A stretch of 45,020 nt of DNA, counting the filler, from Catajapyx aquilonaris (lineage: Eukaryota), in the NCBI GenBank assembly GCA_000934665.2. It is 2 parts of 2 records of this genome, joined end to end, with 100 filler letters (N's around TTAATTAATTAA, not from the genome) between each part and the next. Parts side by side here need not be neighbours in the genome. Positions count along the whole stretch, not along the records: positions 21,373 to 45,020 come from JYFJ02006091.1; 1 more part is not named here. The stretch is one strand, 5' to 3'. Below, piece after piece: positions 26,074 through 36,332 of this stretch (the stretch's first letter is position 1; every line of letters begins with the position of its first letter). The notes beneath the pieces were generated by a model that searched no databases, was not told the origin of the DNA, and saw nothing but the letters and a program-made list of their open reading frames with translations. The position numbers were made by a program, and so were the translations under genes.

Positions 26074-26975
26074 CTCTGCAGGTTGAAAATAATGATTAAA
26101 TTGACTGAATTTGAAATCTTCACATTAACTTGGAATATATTCCCATCTATTTTCAAGTCAATTACTGAATAACTGCGATGAGCATGGTACAGTTCAAAAT
26201 GAGATCCTCACATTACCTTTAACACTGCAGCAGATTGTGGTCAGGAAGGTGGAGTAGGAGTCACTTGAACACTGGATCAGATGTGATTAAATACAGAGAT
26301 GTCGACCTCTATTTATACTATGAAATTCTGGGCATATGCAGCTGCAATTTTGAATGATGCAATGTCCTTGCGTTTGAATTGTGGGGACGTTTTATGTCAT
26401 CTTAATGAGTATCGGGCTAAATTTGTTGGCAGCATTATTTGGCCATTAATTACACACGCGCATTACAGGTTCATTTTAGAAATATGAAAGGTTGTGCATG
26501 CAACTCTGATGGGAAGCGGTGCATGAGCTATATGTACTGTATAAAGAGTCAGTTTCATGCAAGAACTTATCTGAACTGACCATCCTGCTTATATTACATC
26601 CTGGTCACAGTTTTACAGTGGAAGGTGTTTCTCATAGTCTCAGTTTAAAAAAAATAATTACCTCCCGCTTTTGATATTTACTACAGTATTATCCATCCAA
26701 CACTGTGAATATCCGCATTTGAAATTTACATTTTGCGATTTCCACTTGGTAAGTTTCACTAGACATTAGGCGATAAAAAATATTAGTTAACTCTTTAATT
26801 TTTAAATAAAATTACAAATGATTGCACATATTTAGGTTCGCATACAGTTAGATAAATCTGACTTTTAATAATAATTAATCAATTTGCAACTCGGGTTACA
26901 AAGATTCAGGTACCATTCAAAAGCGTCGATGTGTTTCTGTACACACTGATATCATTAATAATTCCAGTTTAAAAA

Positions 26976-27272
26976 GGGAGACGGAGTGGCGCCGCGGTAA
27001 CGCGTGCGCCCACGGAAGTTAAGGTCCCGGGTTCAATCCCCACCCGGGGTTCCCACCTTCTTTCGTGCAGAGTTGGGCCATCTTTGGCTTCGTTTCGGGT
27101 GGCAATTTCCGATAGACTAAGCCACCCGGGGGAGTTCACAAAATGACCAATTAACGACAGCGCACATGCACTTTGCACATCCCATCCTAACTACCTTGGA
27201 GTATACTAATAAGATTATTCTTAACTCGCTCCAAAAAAAACAAATACCAATGGTGGTAATCCACCACCCCCT
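26976..27272 (+). mobile_element. tRNA-derived SINE, family B
   Basis: A box TGGCGCCGCGG, B box GGTTCAATCCC; 3' part TGGTGGTAATCCACCACCCCCTA resembles the family A tail. Confidence 0.7.
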
Positions 27273-27713
27273 ATATTTATTTATTTATTTTATTTATACT
27301 ACCCCATTATTGGAGCAGAGCTCCTATAGGGGGACACACCATTAGCCATTACACAAGGACATAAATCGTCTTACATGGCAAAAAAAATTGTGGATGTCAA
27401 AAATAAACTGTTTAGTTGGTTCTGCAAACAACAAGTACATCTGATTTGGTGGGCAACGTGCGACATCTTCCAAATAGTTCGTACGAGGGGTGTGAAAAAT
27501 GGGGCATTCAAACAACAAATGATGGTAGGTAAAGTTTAGACCCAAATTGCACCAATCACACACCTGCTCAGGGGGAAACGCAATTTTATGACCTACCACA
27601 TAAACAGACCTTGAGTTGTTTTTCAGGTTGAGCCAGAGCCTTAAATGGGGTAGGAGAAGATTGAACAAAAAATAGTTTTCCATCATTGGCAAATCCTTAC
27701 AAGTTGACCCATA
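27273..27713 (-). mobile_element. 3' end of a non-LTR retrotransposon (ORF2 C-terminal CCHC knuckle, short 3' UTR, (TAAA)n tail), interrupted by the Polinton
   Basis: Minus frame ...CDWCNLGLNFTYHHLLFECP...FMSLCNG* (stop 27342); hairpin GGAG-CTCTG-CTCC; TAAA-repeat tail at 27273-27297. Confidence 0.8.
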
Positions 27714-28720
27714 AGAGAGATAGGGGGCCGTTCGTCCCGCCGGTGGGCGTGGCTTAGAACAAGAGGGGGGGGGGACAATGGGAGGGGGGGGGAACAATAG
27801 GGTGAGGGGAGCCCCCCTCATGGGGGGGTCGTAGACGAGGGGAGAGAAGAACAATGGGGCTCGTGCCACCCACGCGTAGGGGGCTGAATAAACAGGGGGG
27901 CAGGTGTAGGAGGGGGGCCCCCTCATGGGGGCCGTATAAACAGACGAGGGGGGCTGTTTGAACAGGGGTGCATAATTAATTAGCATTCAATTACGGTTAA
28001 TTACGGTCAATTACATGCAATTGCAGTCCACGTGGAGTAGAGGGGGGCTGTATAGACAGGGGGCTGTTTGAACAGGGGTGCATAATTATTTAATTAATTA
28101 GCATTCAATTACATTCAATTACATGCAATTGCAGTCCACGTGGAGTAGAGGGGGCTGTTTGAACAGGGGTGCATAATTAATTACATTCAATTACACAAAA
28201 TTACATGCAATTACATGCAATTACACTCAATTACACTCCACGTGGAGCAGAGGGGCAGGTGGAATGCGGTGGAATGCGGTAGAATGCGGTAGAATGCGGT
28301 AAAATTCACCTGTTCGTAGACGCGTCTTGCACACTGGTAATGGATGCCCTTAGAAATAATTAGTAGCAGCTAGTAGAAATTATTAGTAGCAATTAGTAGC
28401 AACTAATAGCAGCTAGTAGCAATTAGTAGCAACTAATAGCAGCTAGTAACAGCTAGTAGCAACTAATAGCAGCTAGTAGCAGCTAGTAGCAACTAATAGC
28501 AGCTAGTAGCAGCTAGTAGCAGCTAGTAGAAATTATTAGTAGCAACTAGTAGAAATTAGTAGCAACAAGTGGCAATTGAACCGATGATGATAATAGTTCG
28601 TAATCATTCGTAATCATTCGTAATACAGTAACAAATTGTTATAACCGCCACATATTTTTACAACTTACAACTGAAGTACGGTAATGAGAGTTTTGAGGGT
28701 TCGCACATGTCTGAAAATAA
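27714..28720 (+). repeat. Left terminal inverted repeat
   Basis: 28032-28720 is the reverse complement of 44508-45020. The outer end at 27714 is inferred from the AG-dinucleotide terminus and the LINE junction. Confidence 0.85.
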
Positions 28721-29559
28721 ATAGCAATTGCACATTAACCCGCTATATTGCGTTAGTAATAATATATTACTTGCGTACATATTACCCTATTTTACACTAT
28801 TTACACTATTTACACATTATGAAATAATATTGTAGACCGGTATATATTATTACAAGGCATGAGAGGGTTTTGGGTTTTTACCACGGGTCTTTCAAAAATA
28901 AAACCCTAACCCTCCGCAACCCTCCGCATCCCCTCTCACCTGGTCGAGGGGCCCTCGCGACAATTTATTCTGTCAGAGATTAATTACCTAAGAGGGGAGT
29001 TGAACTCAGCTTGAAAAGGTGGAAAAAAGGTGCAGTGAAAATAAAAATATGGGTAAGTGCAATACTGTAGGCTAATATTATTGCGCAAGTTCCTTCGAGT
29101 CTTGAATCTCATGCTGCATAACCGCTCTGACACCCTGCATAAGACGCTAAGTGGTGCTATGACTCGGTTTTGTTCCGTTTTGGTGGCAAAATATTATTAA
29201 TAGGGTTGGTTTTTAACGGTTTTTAAAAAGGAGGGCCGCACTTGTCCCTTACTAGACATAATTATATCGTCAGCAATCTGGTACCAATCCACAGCAATTA
29301 GCAGCAGTCAAGCCGACAATATCGGACACTAGCTGAATGCTCGCGAATGTTCGAGAATGTTCCGGAATGTTCCGGAATATTCTGGTGGGTTCTAAATGTT
29401 TCTAGATGTTTCTAGATGTTTCTACGGGTCTTTTTTAAAACCAACCCTTGTAGCTGGTCGAGGGGTCCCGGCGAAAATATTACCGGTATGCAGAACTTTC
29501 TAGATGGTTCTAGACTTAATTCCCAAACAAAAGCCCGGCCCCCACACGTAAATGGCCCT

Positions 29560-29706
29560 CCTCCTACTTTTACGTCATGTCACGTGATACCATATCGATA
29601 CCATATCATAAACATATCGATACGATATATCGATATATCGCGTGATGCCCCACCTGGTGGCAAAAAACCGTATAAAAGAAGCAGCGGGTCGGTAAAATCT
29701 TCAGTC
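29560..29706 (+). promoter_or_regulatory. Putative Pol II promoter for pPolB: E-box, 3x DRE, TATA, Inr
   Basis: CACGTG 29581; TATCGATA at 29593, 29615, 29628; TATAAAAG 29671; TCAGT 29701. Confidence 0.65.
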
Positions 29707-30524
29707 TGGCTCGGGCTTGCTCGAGCTCAAGACTCCCTCTCCCGCCTAGGGAGGACTTGGGGTCGGGCTCTGCCCCTTCCCTGCCCCTTCCCTGCCCCTT
29801 CCTTACCCTGGTCGACCCTGCCGATTCAGCGGGCTTGTCCTGCTACTACGGGGAAGACCGGACCCACCCCACCCACACCACTCCACTCCACCCCACTCCG
29901 ACGTTGACCCTGCCGATTCAGCGGGCTTGTCCTGCTACTACAGGGAAGACCGGAGCTCCTAGTCCTACTAGCCAAACTACTCGAGCTGTCCTTGGACCTG
30001 ACTCTTTTTTTCCTCGTTCATTATTTTCTTGACCGCACGGGGTGTTTGGGAGAATATCCCACCCCCGTCCCTGACCTCCCTGACCTCCCTGACCTCCCTG
30101 ACCTCCCTTCCCCACCCCTGCCATGCCATGCCATCCCATCCCATCCCATCCCACCGCACCGCACCGCACCGCACCGCACCGCCCTCCACTCCAACAGGGG
30201 GCTGAGTCGGACTAAGGCAGACTAAGGCAGGCTAAGTCGGAAATAAATCGGAATAAATCGGAAGAATAAGTGGGAATAAGTTGTCGCCAGATGGCGATGC
30301 AAGCTATTATGCTCATATTCTTGTCCATATTCTTGACCATATTCTCTCTACATTTTTGTTTGTTTTTGTGAGAGAATAGTGGTTATAGAATAGAGCATAG
30401 GCTACTCTCTGCATAGTGTGCCTTTTTCTAATTGTGGGTGTGGGTGTGGGTGTGGGCGCGCGTGGGTGTGCACGGAGCGGTACGGAGCTGCACGGAGAAG
30501 TAAAAAAATATATATATATAAAAA

Positions 30525-33500
30525 ATGCGCGAGTTCAGTGTGAATGGAGAGCCTGTGAGCAAGGGCAGCAACATGCTGTTGCACATGTTCCGGGCATGTT
30601 TCTCTCAAGCAGACGTGGAGTATGCCCTGAGTCGATTCCATGTGTTGGACCGCTACGTGACGACTCTTGCCGTAGAACGACTGGGAGAGCTGAATGTCGA
30701 TCCCTCAACAATACGCGACGACGGGTTCCAGGCGATGCTGGCTGGTGCTGCGTATGTGGAACGAGGGCAGCGAGTGGAGCGAGTGGAGCGAGTGGAGCGA
30801 GTGGAGCGAGTGGAGCGAGTGGAGCGAGTGGAGCGAGTGGAGCGAGTGGAGCGAGTGGAGCGAGTGGAGCAATCGACTGAATCGAGGGAACAGTCTAGCA
30901 GTATACCAGAAGCTCCTCTTCAACAACTTTGGTCGACAACCGCGGCAGCCACTCCTAAGGTTGGTACCGTTGTAAACGATTATGTACGCGATTATGTACG
31001 GGATTATGTAAGCGATTATGTACGCGATTATATACACGATCACGTACACGATCACGCACACGAAGCTATGCCAGCTGCGGCACACCCTATTCTCCCTTCC
31101 CCCAATTACCTACAGACGGGCGCTGCTCACGATGGTCAACCGTTCTGTCCCCATATCCGTGGTGGTGGTCAACCGGCCGCCGCTGTCCGTAAGGCCCGCC
31201 GTCGTTCTAGTACTGCTAGTACTGCTAGTACTGCTAGTACTTCGAGTACTGCTAGGAGTGCTAGGAGAGCTAGACCAACCGTCGATATACAAGAGCGAGT
31301 ACAAGAGCGAGTGCAGGAGCTCCGCCGTCCTCATCCAGCAGAGCAACCAGCAGAGCAACAAGCACAGCAACAAGCCCCCGCTGACAACTTTCCCGGTGAA
31401 GTGAACCTATCTTCTTCTTCTGCTGCTGCTGCTGTTGCTGCTCCCCCTGTCCATTCTCTCACAATCCCCCCAGCCCGCCCCCCCGCCCGCCCCCCAGCCC
31501 GCCCCCCAGCCCGCCCCTCCTCTGCCTCCAAGGCGCGCTCCAATGCGCGCTCCAATGTTTCTGCATTTGTCATGCCCTTTAAAAAAAGAAAGTTTAACCC
31601 CATTGAAGAAAGCACCGCTTCCTTAGTTCCTTCCTTAGTTCCTCCCTTTGCCCATCCTGAGCCAGCTATTCGGCCTATTACCGCTACTGCAACCATACGA
31701 GTAGACCCGGCCAATGACTCGCCTCAGGTCCCCCCAACCGTTGGCGTGCAAGATGGCGTGCAAGATGGCGTGCAAGATGAGTTGGCACCCCGAGTGTCAC
31801 CTCCGTCACCACCCCCGTCACCAGGTGGCAGCAGGAGGTTTAAACTAATGGGCGAGAAAGTAAGATTCTTAAAAAGGTATAACACCCATGCTGCGGAAAT
31901 TTCTCTCCGCATTGACGCAGCCCCCGAGCACACCCCCCTTCTGGATTGGATAAGGGGTGTTACTGAGGATATTATTACCTACGTCAAATCTCGCAATAAT
32001 ATTAAGGAACAAGACTTCATTCAGATGGAGCTGACACGAGGCAGTGGATCCGATACCGAGAATGTTTATATTCACCCTAGAAGAGCCTCGCAACTAGATG
32101 CAAATGCCATACTCTTCCAGGTGGAAGCAGCGGCACAGTCAGAGAGGGGGTCTAATGTAATATCTCCAAGTGGAGGAACCCTGCATGTTAATGTAATTCA
32201 TGTCTCGGCAACAGCAGGGAGAGGGCACCAGAATTATAAGAAATTTAGGGGGATGAAGTTTGAACAGAGGTGTAGGACGCAAAAATCTTTTGTCTATATA
32301 CACAACAAAGACAATCTCTGTCTTCCTCGTGCACTCGTCGTGGCTATTGCCGATGTTGCCAGAAATGAACGTCGTATTCCGCAGAGTGAATTCCGTGCAA
32401 TTTGTGACACATCCAGGCAGAAGGTAGAAGCGGAGAAACTGACCAGAGAAGCAGGAGTAGCTGTTCCTGAGGGTGGATGTGCTCTGGAGGAGATCATACT
32501 ATACCAGCACCATCTGGTGGACTATAGGATATGTGTCTTTTGCGATGAGTCGAAAGAATGGGTGTACAATGGTCCAGAGTCGACCGTGGAGCAACCCAGG
32601 AAGCCTCTCTACTTGTACTGGTCGACAGAGCGCCACCATTTTTGTCCAAGCTTCTCTGCTGCTGCCATGTTGCTGGCTGAAGCTTTTTGTGAGACTTGCA
32701 TGAAACGGACAAAGGGGACTCATCGTTGCAAAGGGATTTGCAATGCATGCCAGCGCAGCCCCAGCTGTTCGGATGTCTCCGAGGGTGCCCCGCAGAAAAT
32801 TTCTTGCAAATCCTGCGCCAGAGATTTTTACGGCAAGGATTGTTTTGAGCGTCACCTGGTGAGCAGTGGTACTGCCCCTTCTTTGTGTGAAAAACTCTTT
32901 GTCTGCGTAAAATGTTCCTCGTTGGTCGACATGCGAAAGAGGGGTGGCATTCGTGGCAAGGCCAAGCATGTCTGTGGAGAAAGGTATTGTCGAGTGTGCA
33001 AGAAGATGGTGGGAAAATCCCACCTTTGTTTTGTACAACCATACACGACCCCAGCCCACCTCGAGAAATACCTGCCTAAACATTTGCAGAGGGTAGTCAG
33101 GGTACAGGAGCCCAAAAACAAGAAACCCAGGTTAGAGAAGCCAGTCAAGCCAGCCAAGCCAGTCAAGCCACGGGCAGATTTTGTGTTTGTCTTTTTCGAC
33201 ATCGAGACTACACAAGACCGCAATCACCCGGGACTAGACCATGCTTGGGAACACGAGGTGAATATGATCGTTTCTGAACAGGTGTGTTCCACCTGCCTGG
33301 ACGTGAAGGAGCTAGTATGGTGCAACATGTGCGGGGTAAGAAAAAACGTGTTTTATGGCTCTACTTCCCTCCATGCCTTTGTAGAATATGTGCGGGGTAT
33401 GAGAAATGCTAGAGAAGTTGTAGTTATTACTCACAACCTCAAGGGTTTTGACGGCCAATTTATTCTTAAAGAACTCGTGACGGTGCAAGGTAGAGAACCT

Positions 33501-36041
33501 ACTATTATTGCTAATGGCCTGAAGATTATGTATATAAGGGATGGGCACATAACATATAAAGACAGTGCCAATTTCTTACCCATGCCCCTTGCAAAACTGC
33601 CCGAGGTTTTTGGGTTCACGGAGCTCAAGAAAGGATATTTTCCCTATCTGGCAAATAGGACGGATAACCAGGATTATGTGGGGCCCCTGCCAGACGTGCC
33701 ATATTATGACATAGATTCCATGAGTGTCGAAGGAAGAGAGAAGTTTCTGACCTGGTATGCGGATGAGAAGGAAAAGCTGGGGGATTCCGGTTTCATCCTT
33801 AAGGATCAGCTGATTGACTATTGCTCGTCAGATGTCGCCATATTGAAAACGGGCTGTCTGCGATTCAGGGAAATTTTTCTATCTGAAAACGGCATCGATC
33901 CCTTGATTGAAGCTGTAACTCTTCCCCAGGCCTGCCACCTAACTTTTAGGCGTAATATGATGCCGCATGGTACGATTGGTGTGATTCCCTCAGGGGGCTA
34001 TCGGCATGATAAGCAATCGGGCATTGCACTGAAGTGGTTGCACTGGGAAGATTATAATATTAAGAAGAAGGGGTCGGCACTTGGACCATTTGGACCATCC
34101 TTAATAACTAGCGCAACCAGCGAACCCAGTGTATCCAGTGCATCCAGTGCGTCCAGCTCATCCAGCGGGTCCAGTGCATCCAGCTCATCCAGCGGGTCCA
34201 GCGCAATGAACGCCGGTGAAAAAGTGGCCTTGACCTTCCAAGGGAATGGATCGGAAACCCGCATAGGGAGATACAAGGTGGATGGGTACTTGCGAGATGG
34301 TGAAGTCACGCACGTATATGAGTTTTACGGATGCTATTTTCACGGGTGCCCCACGTGCTTCTCCAATAGCAGAGTGTCTCTGGAGGATGACCCATTTTCC
34401 ACCATGGACGTCAGATACCAACGTACCATGCAGAGGGAGGCTACCATAAAGAGGTGGGGGAATGTTGAATTTCACGTCATGTGGGAGTGCAAGTTCAGAG
34501 CACAGATGCGAGTCAACCCAGAGCTCCGCGCATTTATTTCAACCCTGCCTGATAACATGGAGCCGATCAATCCCAGGGATAGTCTGATGGGTGGCAGAAC
34601 CGAGGCCTACAAACTATTTTTTGAACCTGGGGAAGGGGAGAGAGTAGATTATGCTGACGTCACATCCCTCTATCCCTGGGTCTGTAAATACGGCGTATTC
34701 CCTGTTGGTCACCCGGAAGTAATTACCAGAGACTTCCCCCCTCTGGATTCATATGAAGGGGTGGTGAAATGTAAAGTTTTGCCACCGACTGGTCTGGACA
34801 AACCGGTGTTGGGGAGCAAGATCGGTGGCAAACTAGTCTTTACACTATGCAGAAAGTGCGCAAAACACCTGCAGCAGACAACTTGCACCCACACAGACAA
34901 CGAGAGAGCCCTAATTGGCACCTGGGTGTCACTGGAACTCCGAAAGGCCCAAGAGATGGGGTATGACATCATCGAGTTCTACGAGGTGTGGAAATACAAC
35001 GTAACCAGCTACGCTCCGTCTGACAGCAGCACCGTGAGCCCATCCGTGAGCCCATCCGTGAGCCCAGCCGTGAGCCCATCCAAGAGCCCAGCTAAGAGCC
35101 CTACTGATAATCTGGGACTTTTTGGGTCTTACATAAACACCTTCATAAAAATGAAGCAGGAGGCATCAGGCTGGCCTAAATGGTGTAAAACCGACGAGGA
35201 CAAGGCGCAGTACATTCGCGATTATGAGATCCGAGAGGGGGTGACACTCGAATGCAGCAGAATTTGTAATAATCCTGGTCTGAGAGCACTCGCAAAATTG
35301 ATGTTAAATAGTTTTTGGGGTAGATACGCTCTGAATCCTGCGAAAGCGCGCACCAGAGTTGTGCATACTGCCCAACATCTATGGGAGATTCTCCTCGAGC
35401 CGGGGTGTGAGGTAACCTCTCTTATACCGGCGGGTGACACAATGTATGTCACGAGCAAGCCCTTAGATGGCGTGTCCTCATGCCATCCAACAACAAACGT
35501 CATTCTAGGGGCCTTTACCACCGCTCAGGCTCGCCTAAAGCTGTACGAGTATTTGCACGAGTTGAAAGACCGCACTCTTTATTGCGACACTGACAGCGTT
35601 ATATATGTGACCCGCCCCGGTGAGAGGCTTTTGCCTACCGGCGATTATTTAGGCGAACTTACAAACGAGCTTGAAGCCTATGGACCTGGGGCATCCATAA
35701 CCCTCTTCTGCTCTGGCGGGCCCAAGAACTATGGATACGTTGTTAAAAACGGCCTGGGGGAAGAGTCGGTGGGCCTTAAAGCCAAAGGAATCAGGCAGAA
35801 TTATAGGACCTCTCAGCAGGTCAAACTGGAGACCCTGAAAGGCATGGTTTTAGGAGAGGGGCCATCTTCATGTCTCATTCGCGACCCGAGGAAAATTGAG
35901 AGGTTGCAAGACCACTCTGTGGTATCAAGGGCCGTCGAAAAGACCTATAAAATCGTATACGACAAGAGAGTCAGACAAGGTCACGACTCCCGTCCGTATG
36001 GGTTCAGAGCAGAGAGTGAGCAGACAGTGACCAGGCAGTGA
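30525..36041 (+). CDS. polB: Protein-primed family B DNA polymerase polyprotein (low-complexity N-term, TP/vOTU-like region, Zn-finger region, exonuclease, inserted nuclease-like domain, polymerase)
   Basis: NKDNLCLPRAL; Exo FFDIET, HNLKGFDG, YCSSDV; VDGY..YEFYGCYFHGC insert; Pol motifs DVTSLYP, KLMLNSFWG, YCDTDS; 1838 aa uninterrupted. Exact start uncertain. Confidence 0.96.
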   Translation: MREFSVNGEPVSKGSNMLLHMFRACFSQADVEYALSRFHVLDRYVTTLAVERLGELNVDPSTIRDDGFQAMLAGAAYVERGQRVERVERVERVERVERVERVERVERVERVERVEQSTESREQSSSIPEAPLQQLWSTTAAATPKVGTVVNDYVRDYVRDYVSDYVRDYIHDHVHDHAHEAMPAAAHPILPSPNYLQTGAAHDGQPFCPHIRGGGQPAAAVRKARRRSSTASTASTASTSSTARSARRARPTVDIQERVQERVQELRRPHPAEQPAEQQAQQQAPADNFPGEVNLSSSSAAAAVAAPPVHSLTIPPARPPARPPARPPARPSSASKARSNARSNVSAFVMPFKKRKFNPIEESTASLVPSLVPPFAHPEPAIRPITATATIRVDPANDSPQVPPTVGVQDGVQDGVQDELAPRVSPPSPPPSPGGSRRFKLMGEKVRFLKRYNTHAAEISLRIDAAPEHTPLLDWIRGVTEDIITYVKSRNNIKEQDFIQMELTRGSGSDTENVYIHPRRASQLDANAILFQVEAAAQSERGSNVISPSGGTLHVNVIHVSATAGRGHQNYKKFRGMKFEQRCRTQKSFVYIHNKDNLCLPRALVVAIADVARNERRIPQSEFRAICDTSRQKVEAEKLTREAGVAVPEGGCALEEIILYQHHLVDYRICVFCDESKEWVYNGPESTVEQPRKPLYLYWSTERHHFCPSFSAAAMLLAEAFCETCMKRTKGTHRCKGICNACQRSPSCSDVSEGAPQKISCKSCARDFYGKDCFERHLVSSGTAPSLCEKLFVCVKCSSLVDMRKRGGIRGKAKHVCGERYCRVCKKMVGKSHLCFVQPYTTPAHLEKYLPKHLQRVVRVQEPKNKKPRLEKPVKPAKPVKPRADFVFVFFDIETTQDRNHPGLDHAWEHEVNMIVSEQVCSTCLDVKELVWCNMCGVRKNVFYGSTSLHAFVEYVRGMRNAREVVVITHNLKGFDGQFILKELVTVQGREPTIIANGLKIMYIRDGHITYKDSANFLPMPLAKLPEVFGFTELKKGYFPYLANRTDNQDYVGPLPDVPYYDIDSMSVEGREKFLTWYADEKEKLGDSGFILKDQLIDYCSSDVAILKTGCLRFREIFLSENGIDPLIEAVTLPQACHLTFRRNMMPHGTIGVIPSGGYRHDKQSGIALKWLHWEDYNIKKKGSALGPFGPSLITSATSEPSVSSASSASSSSSGSSASSSSSGSSAMNAGEKVALTFQGNGSETRIGRYKVDGYLRDGEVTHVYEFYGCYFHGCPTCFSNSRVSLEDDPFSTMDVRYQRTMQREATIKRWGNVEFHVMWECKFRAQMRVNPELRAFISTLPDNMEPINPRDSLMGGRTEAYKLFFEPGEGERVDYADVTSLYPWVCKYGVFPVGHPEVITRDFPPLDSYEGVVKCKVLPPTGLDKPVLGSKIGGKLVFTLCRKCAKHLQQTTCTHTDNERALIGTWVSLELRKAQEMGYDIIEFYEVWKYNVTSYAPSDSSTVSPSVSPSVSPAVSPSKSPAKSPTDNLGLFGSYINTFIKMKQEASGWPKWCKTDEDKAQYIRDYEIREGVTLECSRICNNPGLRALAKLMLNSFWGRYALNPAKARTRVVHTAQHLWEILLEPGCEVTSLIPAGDTMYVTSKPLDGVSSCHPTTNVILGAFTTAQARLKLYEYLHELKDRTLYCDTDSVIYVTRPGERLLPTGDYLGELTNELEAYGPGASITLFCSGGPKNYGYVVKNGLGEESVGLKAKGIRQNYRTSQQVKLETLKGMVLGEGPSSCLIRDPRKIERLQDHSVVSRAVEKTYKIVYDKRVRQGHDSRPYGFRAESEQTVTRQ

Positions 36042-36332
36042 CTCACCCCCAGACTTTGTTTTATAACCAATATTGTACCAAATTACCAAATCAAATGCCA
36101 AATTATTATGTGAAATCATTTATTTATGCATTTATTTATGCATTTATTTATGCATTTATGGTGTATATATTGCAAAAAGTGTGCACTTCCCCACTTCACC
36201 CTATGTATATATTTTGTGTAAAATTGTAATCAAATACAGTTCAAGTTCAGACACGGTCAGACACGGTCAGACACGGCCAGACACGACCAGACACCGTCAG
36301 ACACTGTCAGACACTGTCAGTAACTGCCAGAC

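Noticed and set aside
27342..27986. 214-aa minus-strand ORF as a gene
   Set aside because: Chimera of Polinton TIR (Pro-rich part) read into the LINE ORF2 C-terminus.
28258..28620. Repeat arrays as CRISPR-like arrays
   Set aside because: Direct head-to-tail units without unique spacers; eukaryotic context, no cas genes.
29416..30225. Several short overlapping ORFs upstream of pPolB
   Set aside because: Low-complexity, span the promoter and 10/11-bp arrays; no recognisable domain.
32494..33223. Antisense ORFs within pPolB
   Set aside because: Shadow frames of a long GC-balanced CDS; no motifs or promoter.
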